NCBI GenBank assembly: GCA_029717555.1
Contig: JAMDHS010000022.1
Span: 186,001 to 250,000, forward strand
DNA: 64,000 bases
Reading direction: 5' to 3'
DNA from: Peribolospora baueri
Lineage: Eukaryota
Shown: one piece after another, positions 36,322 to 48,350 of the stretch
Layout: each line of letters begins with the position of its first letter
How positions within the stretch are numbered: the stretch's first letter is position 1
The notes under the pieces: generated by a model
Told to the model about the DNA's origin: nothing
The model's input: the letters and a program-made list of their open reading frames with translations, nothing else
Database searches by the model: none
Made by a program: the position numbers and the translations under genes

Positions 36322-38994
36322 CTACCACCCGAAAGCCTCGAGATGGAGCTGCAGGTTTCTCGATGCGTCGCCCTTGAGCACCTTGCAGGGAGAGATGAGT
36401 CGGCGGGTTTCGCTCGCCACGCTTTGCATCAAAGCACTGGGACCGGAGGCTGCGAGTTGCGTTTTAAAAGAGCGAGGCAAAGGCAGAGTACCGCAGAGAA
36501 ACGAAAAGAAAGCAAAAAAAAAAAACCATGTCAGTAGGAGAGATATTTAACGGCGAACGACGACGACGACGGACGTCCGATCAGAGCATCGTGGGACGAC
36601 TCGCGCTCAAACGTACCCGAGACGGACAGTGAGCCCTCGTTGGCCTCGTCGACTACCTCCTCCAGAAGCTTTGCCATATCCGGCCTGCCTTGGACGAACG
36701 TCACGCCGTCGCCCGAAATGGCAGGGGCCGCGTTGTCGAAAGGCCTCGTCGATCCCACGAGCGTGCGCTGGTCCGTGGGCGTAGTAGTGGCAGCTTTGGC
36801 TTGGGTATAGTGAATGCGGACGGAGAGGAGATCCTTCGGAGCGAGGGAGATGGCTTTCTGCAAGTCGCTGGCGACCCACGAGCTGTGAGCTGCAAGGGCG
36901 GGCAGCGAGCAAAGAGAGATGTAAGCGGAAGGAACGGCACTCTGGATGAGAGGACGAGAGGGACGGACGTAAAATGCGAGTAGGACACTCACCCTGCTGC
37001 CGGACGACCCAAAGGAAGTGGATCTTTCGCACCGTGGTCTCGGCTGTACGAGTGCGTCGGACGAGGTCGAGAAGCATCGGCAGGGTAAAGCTGATGCCCG
37101 AACCGCCTGAATGTCGGACGACAGGGGAAGAGAGCGTTGTCCATGGTGAGCGGCCGAGCTCATCTGGATTCAGCGCAAAAAAAGAAGGAGAGCCCGCGCA
37201 CGCACCGGCCACGAGCAAGACGTTGTCGAAGTAATGAATGGGGTCCGGAGCAGAGTACGGTCCGTCGACGAAGACGGCCAGGTTTTGTTTCCCCTTCTCA
37301 TTGCTAGCCCTCTGCAAGAGCCTCTTGGTGAATCCCTCCCTTCCACGAATGATGAAGACGAGCTTCCTCTCCGTCACCTCCGGAACTTCCGCACCTTTTT
37401 TCTCGTCTTCATCATCGCGGTCGTCAAGAGGCTCAGGGATGCTGGCGATGGTGAAAGGATGCCCTTCGGGGAGGTAGGCGCTGAGTTCGGGCGCGGAGAT
37501 GAAAGCGTGCGATCCGGGGAGCCAGGTCATGGACATGGGCTTGTGAACGGTTAGGCGAACGGTGTCTTCGGCGATGAGCTCGACGGACGCGTTGGAGGCG
37601 CGCGATTTGTGGAAGCGGTGCAGGCCGTTGACGACGACGAGGCGAACGAGACGGCAGAGACGGTCGAAGCCCCAGATGATGAAACCGGAATAGAGCCAAG
37701 GGGCGTGATTGGGCCGGTGGGCGAGGAGCACGCCAATGATGGTGCTGGAATGTAAGGTGAAAGTAGTTGAGCACGACGGTCCTCTCAACCGAGTCCGAAG
37801 ATAGGGATCGTTAAGACTATGAAAAACATTGCCCAACTCACATGATGAGAAGGACGTGCATGGAAAAGAAGAACTCGTAGAACCTCGCCCGGACCGGCCG
37901 GAGAGATACGACGACGAGGACAGTGAAGAGGGAGACGGCCTGGAGAAGTAAGGGGACGGCGAAGGTTCATATCAGAATCCAGTGTCAGGGTGACGGGGCT
38001 GTTCGAGTGCTCATCCGAACGTGAATTGTGACGACGGCTCACCGTGGCACCGTAGTGACCCATAGTTGTGTAAAGTTGGTCATGCTCGTAGGTGAGCTTT
38101 CCGCCGGTGTGGACCCAGGCAAGGATAAAGGTCATACGGGCGGCGGACCTGCGCGATCCCATCCGAACGAGGCAAGGAGAGGAGTCAGCCAGGTCAGGAG
38201 CGCTCCACCTCGGAGCGACGCGGCACCGAGTAAGGATTCGGAAGGAAAGGCCAACTGCGCTCACCGATGGAGCACATTGAGCTTCTCATAGCTCACGCCC
38301 GTGAACCACGAGATGACACTGTTCTTCTGCGCAAGGCCGATGATAAGCGGGATTTGGGAGAAGGCCATGATGCCAGCCCTGTCCGACCAGTCATGTTCGG
38401 GAGCTGTAAAACGGGCGGGGTGAAAAGAGAGAACGGCCATCGCGGTCAGCCAGTGTACTCTATGTGTCGAAGGATGGCCGAAAACTTGGTAAAGCGTTTG
38501 AGAAAAGCTCCGACTCACCATTGATGAAGGTCAGAACGAGGACGACGACGGCGTGAGAGACACACACGAAAGTTTCACTGACGCTGAACTCCCTGGGCCC
38601 AGCGACAGTCCTGAGGAAAGGGAGGGTGGCATAACTGCCGTACTTGCGGACGATGGCGACGACGAAGTCAACGAAGCCGGGCGAAGGTGCTTTGCCGAGC
38701 AGGGTAGAGGCATCGCCGGCCTCGACCTCGGACGCTGTGCGGGCGGATCGCAGAGAGGCAAGGCGCCTCCGACCGAAGAAGTAGGTCCAAGCGACGCGAC
38801 TCCAACGGATGACGGCCAGGAAAGCTGCAACACGGATGCAAGGAGATGGCAAGTGAGGACATTGTTTCGGCTCCCTCGCACACACCAGGCTGATGGAGAG
38901 GCCCGTGCCGCTCACCTACGGTGGCGGCGACGAGGTACCAAAAGTACTGGGGGTACTCGTCATTAAGGCCGTCGTAGTACGCCTTGGTTTTCAT
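36322..38994 (-). CDS. Ferric/cupric reductase (FRE family metalloreductase), multi-exon
   Basis: KNSVISWFTGVSYEKLNVLHR, WVHT and YEFFFSMH (heme His), FAD-binding EGHPFTIAS, VFVDGPY, NADPH-binding VLLVAGGSGISF, and C-terminal LHLEAFGW. The 5' end is uncertain. Confidence 0.9.
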
Positions 38995-41383
38995 GGTCGG
39001 TCACTTTGCCTACGGCGTTGATAGTCAAGGTTTGCTTGAGTGAGTGACTTGCTGGAGGCGGATTAGACTCTGGGGTAGCAAGAACGGAAAGGGGAGCTCA
39101 GCTCGCCGTAAGAGGTGGAGCGCAGGGAACGTGAGGGGAAGGGGACGAGAAGCAGAGAAAGAAGCGAGCGGTGGGGAGACACGTTTATGTGTCTAAAGAA
39201 AGGGAGACGTAGAAGAGGACGGGTTTGAGTATGTGTGAAGGAAGGCACCAGTGTCGGCGTGCTCGGTGTGGTATACGTACCCGCCCGGTGGCGGGATCTT
39301 CTGGCTAGTCGCCACCGTTCACGGCATCGATTTTTCTAGGGGCATCTGCGATGACCTGACGCAGTCTTCTGACCGGACCCGGTCAATGCCGCGATATGAG
39401 CGCAGGTTTCGCTTCGCATGGGGCGAAAATTGATCAAATGCGATGGTCTCGCCCGCAAGATAGAATGAGAGTTGCTCCGGGTAGGACCTACATAGAAACA
39501 AACGAGGAACGTGGAATTGAGACAAGGAGGCAGAAGGAAGCGCCCAGGGCAGGTTCGCGCGAGTTGGTCCCTGGTCCTGGTCTCTTCGTCCGTGTCCTGG
39601 TCCGCAGAGGCTGAGTGGCGTGTTCCAGCTGCCTTTCACGGACGGCACGATATCTTCTATCTATTGCCGAATTCGGTTGAGATGGGTTCGACGCACGCCG
39701 ATCCCCCGGACGGCCCAAGCCGATGGATCGGAACGACCGGCAAAACGAGCGGGCCAGGCAGTGTCCTACTCATCCCCCGTCTGCAGTGAGACGGACAGCG
39801 CGACGGCGGCTCAACGTCTGCGCGGACGGAGAGGGGGAGGGAGCGAGTGCGAATGCGAGTGCGGTCGTGCTGGGTTGACAGACAATCTGTATCGGCTCGC
39901 GGGGGGTTCGGCTTAACTGAATTTGAGCATGGGCCGCCCTCCATCGCAAAAACGCTGACCTGGTTGCGTCGGCCCTGCCTTGCTTCCTTGCTTCTTTGAG
40001 TCCTGCCGGCGGCTCGTAGGTTGGTTAAGCAGGTAATTGGTTTCGTCGATGCTTCCGGCGCAGCTGCAGCCGACGACGGGGACCCGGGTCTATGCAGGCA
40101 TATGTGGGCCGGAGGAAGGCTTGGCGGAGGGCGAGGGTGTCGTTGCCCTCGGCGGTCGCTGCTAGTGGAGGAGCTCGAATAGGCGTCAGCGCCGGGCATC
40201 ATCCAGCTCGGGCGCCCGTTAGCCGTCTATCTAACGCAGCCAGCACGGGCGAGCAAAGGCTATAGCGGCGGGAGCGATCGTTGGGAGACGCTGCGCAGAG
40301 GACGTGGATGGATGCTGTCTACGGCCATGTTCGACCAATCACGAATTCGCAATTACAAAACGACCCGAGCATATGGACGAGGACGACGAGGACGACGAAG
40401 ATGGAAGGGACGGATGGAAACGTGATTGCCGTCGCCATCACCATCTCATTCGCGCAGCACACGTCCGTCTCGTCCGCCTCCACGGCGAGCACATTCCACC
40501 TCGCTCGACCCGGCCGGGCCTCGTTTCAAGAGGCCGCCGGAGAAAAGGAAAGGAGAGAAAGAAGGGAGCAAGACGACTGGGGCTAATCGTCGGGTCAAAT
40601 GACCGCCCTTCCCTTGCGCCACGATGTACCTACCCCTGCGCCTCTCAGTTCGCTCCACCGCCAGCGTGCCCGCTGGACGACACGGGCGAGGAGCGCACGT
40701 CGTCGATAGCTGATAGCTATCACGCCTCTCATCGCTCGCTTTGCCCGTCACGGGACACGGTCGCACCACCCACCAGACGCCGGCCCAGACTGCGGCGGTT
40801 ACAGCCGACCGGATTGGACGTACGGACGGACGTACGGATGGATGGATGGATGGATGGATGCGCTCCACGGCTTCCTTCCTGAGAGATAGGCTGCCTACTT
40901 GCAGATCTGCTGCACCACTAACTAACGGATCGTCCCAACCGAGCAATGTCTACTCGCTCCTCGCTCCTCGCTCTTCGCTCCTCGCTCTTCGCTCCTACGC
41001 CGTCCGCCGTCGCGGAACAGCGGCCGACTCCATCTAGTCGTATCCACCGTAAAACCGACGCAACGCGCGATTCCACCCGTGTAAGCTGGATGAACCGTAC
41101 ACTCCATGTGGAGTACCAAATCGACTTTATCTCATGCACCCCTACCAGCACCCGCTTGGCTTGAGACGACTGTATGTTGTACGAATGCATATGGATATAC
41201 CCACCCTACGACGAGCCTTGGCTTGCTGACCCATCAGCAATGTGGTGTTCCTCCGTACTCCACGTACTCTCCATGGAAGAAGACGGACGACCGACGGACA
41301 CCGTGCGAAGCAATCGGGCAATAATATCTAGCTTTCCGGACCAAAATGTTCTACCCATATCAAAGAGTGGCTCGCTATCGCTT

Positions 41384-42403
41384 CTACTTTTTCGCTTTGG
41401 TGTCGAGGATGATGGTCACCGGTCCTTCATTCGTTAGGCTCACTAGACCAGTTGGCAAGGACGGTAAGATAAAGCCTGTTGGGAAGGAAGGAGGAAAAAA
41501 AATTGCTCACCGTTCATCATGGCGCCGAACTTCCCATCTGAAGGCCGAGGAAAGATGATGCCTTAGTCTCGTCGCCGGTATCAGCTTTTTGAAGGCGCGG
41601 CGCAGCCCATCTTACCCTTGATTCGGTCTCCGTGCCCTTTGTATATCTCTCCCATTTTGTCCAGGAAAGAGGCATACATATCCCGTGAGGATTCTGCGCC
41701 CATTGCGCGGTGAAAATCCAAGCTTGTTCCCTTGGTCACAGCGTGCAACGTGAACTGGGATACTGAGCAGACGGGAGGTGTTAAGCATGTCACCACAGTA
41801 TAATCAAGAAGCCCCCTGTCCGAGTCGAGGAAGCCTCGTTGATACCATGATGCTCACCGCAGAGCACTTCCCCTTGAATGTCCATGACACTCCGGCGCCA
41901 CGGCCTTGCCTGTCTGGCCGTCCCAGTTTCATTCGCCGCCAGATCGTTCACGTGCGTCGCCAACTGGTTGGCGTCCGTACCATTGCTCGAAGCTGGTCCA
42001 GACGTAGAGTCTGACGGGTTGGAAGCCGGGGTTACCGACCCGCTCCCACTCTCTCCTGAGAAGAGACGAAGATTCAAGACCTTGGACGCGAGGGCATTGA
42101 CGTCCGCCATAGTGTCATCTGCGCATAGAAAATACGCCCATCGCTCGGTGTCACAACTTCAAGTTTCCAGCGTCTCCATCCTTGTACGTACCTGTCCCGA
42201 TCCCGACAAGCACCATGATACCTTTGTCTATCCGAGAGATCTCTACATTGTCGACTGTCCACAGAGAGCGGAGTCGCCATCAGTCGAAGTATCACGGACA
42301 CGTCGCAGACAGAGGAAAGCACATGCTGAACCGTGACGGTAGCGGCCTGGTACCACAAACCTTCAACAAAAGCCGACAGAACTCGCTGTATGACTGCCTT
42401 CAT
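41384..42403 (-). CDS. DTD1: D-aminoacyl-tRNA deacylase (DTD1), 6 exons
   Basis: MKAVIQRV, KGIMVLVGIG, KVLNLRLF, the SQFTL motif, DGKFGAMMNVSLTNEGPVTIILD (Gly-cisPro motif). Confidence 0.95.
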
Positions 42404-42822
42404 TTCGTAATCCCGAAGAGGCTGGCCCAGTCCGTTAAGAAGGCCTGTGGTCGAGCACTGAAATCCAGCAGTGAGCTGAGACTCTGATCGCTCAGACTTC
42501 TATATTGATCAATTCAACACACCCCATGTTAGCGTCGAATACAGCCCAAGCGGCTAAAAGACGTCAACAGCCCTAAACCACCTGAGAGGGCGACCACTCA
42601 CTATCCAAAATTCAACCGGTGATCGTAGGGCACGGGCCTCAGGTGGTGATCGTACGGCGCGGGTCGATGTCAGAAGGTCGGCTTCAAAGCATTCGGCGCT
42701 CTCCAGACTTGCTGACTAAGCTCGTTGCCCCCCCCCTCCCTTTTGCATTTGCTGCCGGCCAGTTTGACAGCCCAACGATCTTTCCACGATTTCGACGAGG
42801 TCGTCGTTTGCTTTTCGGGGCC

Positions 42823-44466
42823 ATGTCCGACCTTCCTTCACAGGCTCCAAGCATCCTGGGGTTTTCGGCCCTGCCGCGCAAAGATGACCTAACCAAGGCT
42901 TTCGTCGGCAAGCCACTCTCGTCTCTGCGCACGCCTGCTGTTGTTATCGACCGTGCACGGTTTCGCCAGAATTGTGACGATATGCTGCGAACCGCTGCTA
43001 AGCTCGGAGCCAGCTTCAGGGCACACGTAAAGAGCCACAAGGTGACCCTTATACCTTTGAAGCTGAAGAGTTGTTTGCTCCATTTGTTGGCTGACCAGGA
43101 CCTTCTTCACAATTTTGGTCGATCAACATCCTCTTTCCCAGACCGCCGAAGGTTTGCGAATGCAGTTGGCTGGGAGCTCTCAAGCAATTGTCGTCTCGAC
43201 GGTGATGGAGGCTGAAATGGTGGTCAAGTTGGGACTTGTAGCGCAAGGCGTGGTCAAGGACGTGGGTGATCACTTTTCTCATCTCGAGGCGTATAAGGCA
43301 CTGAAGGGATTCGTTTGTCTTTTCGTTAGATACTCCTCGGTTTCCCGCTGCCGCCCAACAAGATAGCCGATCTGGCCACCTTGCACGATGTTCTTTCACA
43401 ACACAATGGGGCCCTTCACATCTTGTTGGATCATGAGGATCAGCTTTGCCTGCTCAAGGCTTTCGAGGCGTCGGACCGGGGACCGCGGCGCTGGCACACA
43501 TTCATCAAGGTAGACTGCGGATACGGGTGCGTTTGTCGATGGCTCCCTCTGTAACGACGTTGGCCTGCGGTTCCAAAGCCCGATCATTGACAGTCGTATA
43601 TGTTCCCGGCCATCTCCATGTCTTCACGCAGCCGTGCTGGTGTGTCACCGCAATCCGCTGTCTTCGAGTCGCTCCTATCTTCCGCGCTGGCCTCGCCCCA
43701 GGTCGCACTTCATGGCTTCTACGCCCATGCTGGCCATTCCTACGCCTCTCACGATCCCTCAGACGCTGCAAGGTACTTGTCCTCTGAGATCAAAGCTGTC
43801 GATGCGGCCGCCGGCAAAGCTTTGAGCATTGTTAAATATCAGGGAGATGGTACGAGTGAGGCCGCATCCCCTTTCATCCTCTCCGTCGGCTCAACTCCGT
43901 CAGCTCGCTCCGCCTCCCCGACATTCCTCAACAACATTGTTCATCCGTCAAACGGCCAGCTGGAGCTACACGCAGGCAACTACCCCTTGTTTGACCTTCA
44001 GCAGGTGCACACCGGCTGCTCCAGCTTGTATGATGTGTCCATTTCCGTACTCGCCAGCGTTGTCAGTCTCTATCCTGGCCGAGCAAGTGGCGAAGCTGAT
44101 GAGGCTCTCATCGACGCGGGCGGGATAGCGCTCAGCAAGGACCGGGGCCCCTTTGAAGGGTTCGGCTGGGTGGTGACGAGTTCTGACAAAGAAACGTCTC
44201 ACGCGGGCTGGGAGGTTGACCGCGTGAGCCAAGAACATGGTCTCCTCATTCGAAGGCAGCACCGAGAAGCTGGAACGAAGCACCAGCCACGGGAGCTCCA
44301 CATCGGCGACCTCGTCCGCATTGTGCCGCAACATGCCTGTGTGACTCTTGCAGCTCACCCCTGGATATATGTTGTGGACTCGGAGATAGCTTCCAGATCT
44401 AGTGGGGCCTTGGTGGACATGGAGGCGGAGGTCATAGACGTCTGGGTGCCTTGGAAAGGGTGGTAA
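42823..44466 (+). CDS. DSD1: D-serine dehydratase / D-threonine aldolase family (fold-type III PLP enzyme), 4 exons
   Basis: LRTPAVVIDR, FRAHVKSHKT (PLP lysine), KVDCGYGRAG, GFYAHAGHSY, SVGSTP, ELHAGNY, DAGGIALSKD, RVSQEHG, PQHAC (Zn ligands) and the C-terminal WVPWKGW. Confidence 0.9.
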
Positions 44467-44734
44467 GCCCGTGTCGGTTCTGCAAGGCTGTGAATGCGTT
44501 TCAGGAATAGGCATCTCATAAACTGGAACTCGTCCGTACAAGTACGTTTTCGCTTGGTAAGTACGGTGGTCCAGCACCTTGGACACGAGTGAATTTCGGG
44601 AAATCCTATCCGACTCCGCTTTGCATAACGTACATATGACATCGGAAAAGGCAATTCGAGGATTGAAAAAGGTCTACAAAAAGAAGTGAAGATACAAGGA
44701 TTAGGAAACGACAAGAAGTATCTCGCCACCACCT

Positions 44735-47217
44735 TCACTCCATTCCGAATACTTCGTCAATCTCATCTTCGACGACGCCCGATACTACCGGCCTGGCCAA
44801 TGGCGAGCTCGGGGTCCCCGGGTGCCCGTTTAGATGGCGGGGACGAACAGCGGTTGCCGCACGGTTGTGCGACGCAGACATGGGCCGTGCATGTACGGAA
44901 GAGCCCAGCGCCGGAGCAGATGGAATCGCGATACCGTTCTGTCCGAGAGATGTCAAAGATGCCGAGCCTGAAGTGCGCCGACCCATGGACAGGCGGTGTG
45001 CAGTGGTGAGTGAATCCGGGGAGCTCGAAGCGACACCGTTACCGAACTCGTCATTGGGGCCCCGCGATTGCGAGAGCGGGCTGGGACGGTGAGGGACGGA
45101 GGAACCGAAGTCATCCAAATAGGAGCCGGGAGCATGGTAGAGGTGCTGTTGTTCTGGATGAGGGGGCGTCATGCTTGTCTGTTGGAGTCCGGCCGGTACG
45201 AGATGTAAACGGCTCAGCCCAGCTGCTAAACCCTGAGGAAGACTTTGACCTGGCGCGTGAGATCGCAGAGCTTTCGTCCCCGGTGAAAGGCTGGACAGGT
45301 CGCTTGCCAAGTAGCCCACAGTTTCGCCTGTCGAAATCCGGTGCGCGCTGGCCGGGGTCTTCATCGTACTGCTGAGCGCTGCGTCTGTACGAATAGGGCC
45401 ACCAACTCCCATCGGAAGCCCTTCGTTGGCCGCCGAATGTGATCCCGTGTTGCCCGAATGATAAGGGAAGAGGTGAGGAAGTGAAGTCACTGCTGAGGTG
45501 GAAAGTGGTCCGTTGCTAGGCGACGTCGCGGATACGTCGCTGGCCAGAATTTTTCGGGTGACTCCATTCTGCTGTGAAGTCTTCTCAACGTCCCACAACG
45601 TGCTGCTGAAGCCGGACTTGGTCGGTGCAGCGGGACCGGACTGCGTCTCGAATGTTGACGTGAAATCATGTCGACTTCTCCGGCGCTCGAGTTCGGCGGG
45701 GGTCAAGAGCTCGTGTAGCGACGAAGGCAAGAAGTCTTCTTCAAATATCTCTTCCTCCTCTTCGTCTCTCCTTCCATTCGTTCCCGCATCCTTCACCCAG
45801 TCACTGGGGAGGGCGCCCACCGACGCCGGGCCACCGAGAGACTCCCACCATCTTGCCCGAGCGCTGGCCTCCTCAACACGACTGAGAGACCGGACCGCGG
45901 ACGTGTCTTGCGGCGGCATGGTCGAATCGGAGCCTTGGGAGTACGATAGGAAGAGCGACCGCGAGCCCGGCGCTGAAAAAGGGGAGGTCCCAAAAACGGC
46001 GGGCGCCGGAGATGTGGGTGTTCCCGGCTCGAGACCGAACTTAGACACTGCTGGGGACGGCCCACCAGTCGGGACCGGATTCACCGAGGTCCCGCTTCGG
46101 AATCCGAGCGAAAGGCCAGACGATGCCACTGTAACCGAAGAAGGACGTGATAGAGGTGTCTTGTTACCCGAAGTAACGTTGTCGCTACGGGGCTGGACAT
46201 GCGTGAATTCGCTCGTAGTGGTCGAGGGAGGCGAAGGAAAGTGGTCGAAGCCAGACCGAACGGGTCTCCGTGGCGCTGTGGACGGCATAGCGTCGGGGTT
46301 GGCGTTGGCAAGACGAGAGGTTGCAGAAGCTGAACCCGTAAGGTCGATGACGTCCTTGCCGGAGCGACCAGCTTCCCTCCCCTTTTCGGTTGCGGAAGCT
46401 CGTGGAGAGGTCGACATGATGTCGTCGGGAAGCCCAAACGTGAAATCAAGCTCTGACATGGCTCCAGCTGTTCTCTCGCCGGATCGATCGGCGGTCGCAC
46501 TCGCTCCGGAGTGACGTTCGCCTCGATGCTGCTGAGACTGCCCCGAGCTTCGCCCTTTTGAGGCGGAACTGCTGTCGCCCCCATTCTTGCCCTGCGCCTG
46601 CGCTTGAGCCATCCGTTTGTTCTTCCTATCCATGCTCATCGGCTGACCTGGCAAAACATGTGCTAGTGCGCACTTTCCCGCAAAACGGCAATTGCCCTTG
46701 ACAAACCAAGCGCAGACTGACTTGCTCTGACCAGGCTCTGGAAGGTTGTGAGAGAATGGACACGCTGCGCCGGCCGTGCACTGTCCCATTTTGAAGACTA
46801 ACGGCCAGCCACAGAAGTCCGGTCAATCGATGCAAGGCGAGTAGACATGACATCTCAGCGGCAGCTACTCACACTTGCAAGGGACATGCGAGACGTCTGA
46901 AGATGCGGAGGACCGCAAGAGGGGATAGGTCCTCATAAGCTGCGCTCCCTGTTAGCATGCGCAGGAGAAAGCTTCACCGCCTCACCTTTCTTGCCTTTGC
47001 GATTGGTACCCTCCTCCTCGCCCTCTTTGTCCCCTCCGCTAAGCTTACTACCACGCGTATCTCCAAACGCACCGCCATTTCCCCACGCCTCGCTCTCCAG
47101 ACCCGGACGGCTACCGGTCCTCGAGTGTCGTCTAATATTTGCGGGAGATGCTCGGATAGGCTGAGCCAGGGTCGTAGGCCTGGCCAGCGCCTCCTCCGTC
47201 TCTGCCTTTGCCGACAT
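44735..47217 (-). CDS. Tandem CCCH zinc-finger protein (Cps3/Scp3/Lee1-like), 3 exons
   Basis: HVPCKFFKMGQCTAGAACPFSH, VCAWFVKGNCRFAGKCALAHVLPGQPMSMDRKNK, FEEDFLPSSLHELLTPAE and HAPGQSLPQGLAAGLSRLH. Confidence 0.88.
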
Positions 47218-47514
47218 CTGCGATGAAGCCGATTGCTGGCCTACGATAGACGATAAGCGTTCAACCCCACCAAGGGGTTCGCACCTGGACGGATGACGCC
47301 GGAGCGAAGGTGCAGCGGAGCAACAGCCGTTCAAGCAGGGTAAGAACGTACGGGCTCTGAGTAATCGCGGCCGAATCCACGACCAGTCGGACTGAGGAGC
47401 ACCAGAGCAAGGCGAGAGGGAAACCAGTATCGAGGCACGAGCGAAAGGTGGACGACCCGGGATGATGCGCCTACACTCGGCCAGTGTCCGATGGCCGCAG
47501 CACATGCTTTCACA

Positions 47515-47590
47515 GTTCCGCTTTCACCGCTTATGTCCGACAGGCTTCACCCGCGTCACCGTTCCGCTTTCACCGCTTATGTCCGACAGG
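47515..47590. repeat. Two exact copies of the 30-mer GTTCCGCTTTCACCGCTTATGTCCGACAGG (period 46 bp)
   Basis: Seen directly at 47515-47544 and 47561-47590. Confidence 0.9.
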
Positions 47591-47829
47591 GTTTTCTGTG
47601 TCACCGTCGACTCTTGTCTTGTCAGACGCATTGCATGGTGGTGGTCACTCGCCCGCCTCCGCATATCGTGCGTGCCTTTGCGTATCGTACCTAGAGGCTG
47701 GGTGCCCTTTTCATGGACATCGCCGCAATGAAGCAGCTGTCAGCGCCGCCTCGAACGTCGTACAGCTATAGCATCTGCGGCATTCCTTCCTTTACTTCAT
47801 TGGCCCATCCCGCCGCGCGGGTTTGTCGT

Positions 47830-48350
47830 CGCTGCGAATAGCCGTAGTAGACACAACAAAACTCCTATAACTGTAGTCGCGTACAAAAAAATACCCCAAA
47901 AGAGCCCCCAATCTTGCCCGACAGCGTCGAATGCCATTGCTGTTCTATTAAGTAAATTTGAAAGACTTCTGGACAAGTTACAGATGGTCGGGCGTTCTTG
48001 TAAACAACACTGAAGCTCGAACTGGAGAAAATTCCCACAATATGTGCTACGCCACCACGAGAATTTCGCGTCGCTCAAAACAAATCCCAGCATTTTTGCC
48101 TTCTTTCTTTTCTCCAAGCAGCTCTCAGAGAGATCTTACACGATTTTTAAAATTATCCATCATGACCAAGTACCAGACTTCTGATCACAAAATTTTTTGA
48201 ACGAACGAATCGGGCACCAACGCCCACAATATACTTTCTACAGCAACACGCGCCATGTCTCCAAAACCAACAAGAAAATTGCGTTATTCAAGAAAAAAGT
48301 TTTCGACGCCATGGATGATTTGAACAATTCGGGCGATTTACACAACTAGA
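47830..48350 (+). pseudogene. Putative decayed coding relic (possible transposon or viral remnant) in an AT-rich island
   Basis: One frame of about 170 codons is interrupted only by two TGA codons before a TAG. GC is about 41% by hand count over 47941-48360, and CAA trinucleotides are abundant. Confidence 0.35.

Noticed and set aside
39250..41300. ORFs in the region upstream of the ferric reductase, such as 39657..40202
   Set aside because: No recognisable motifs or consistent exon chain. Treated as intergenic or regulatory.
47515..47590. CRISPR-like 30-bp repeat with spacer
   Set aside because: Only two copies, a 16-bp spacer, a eukaryotic context and no cas genes.
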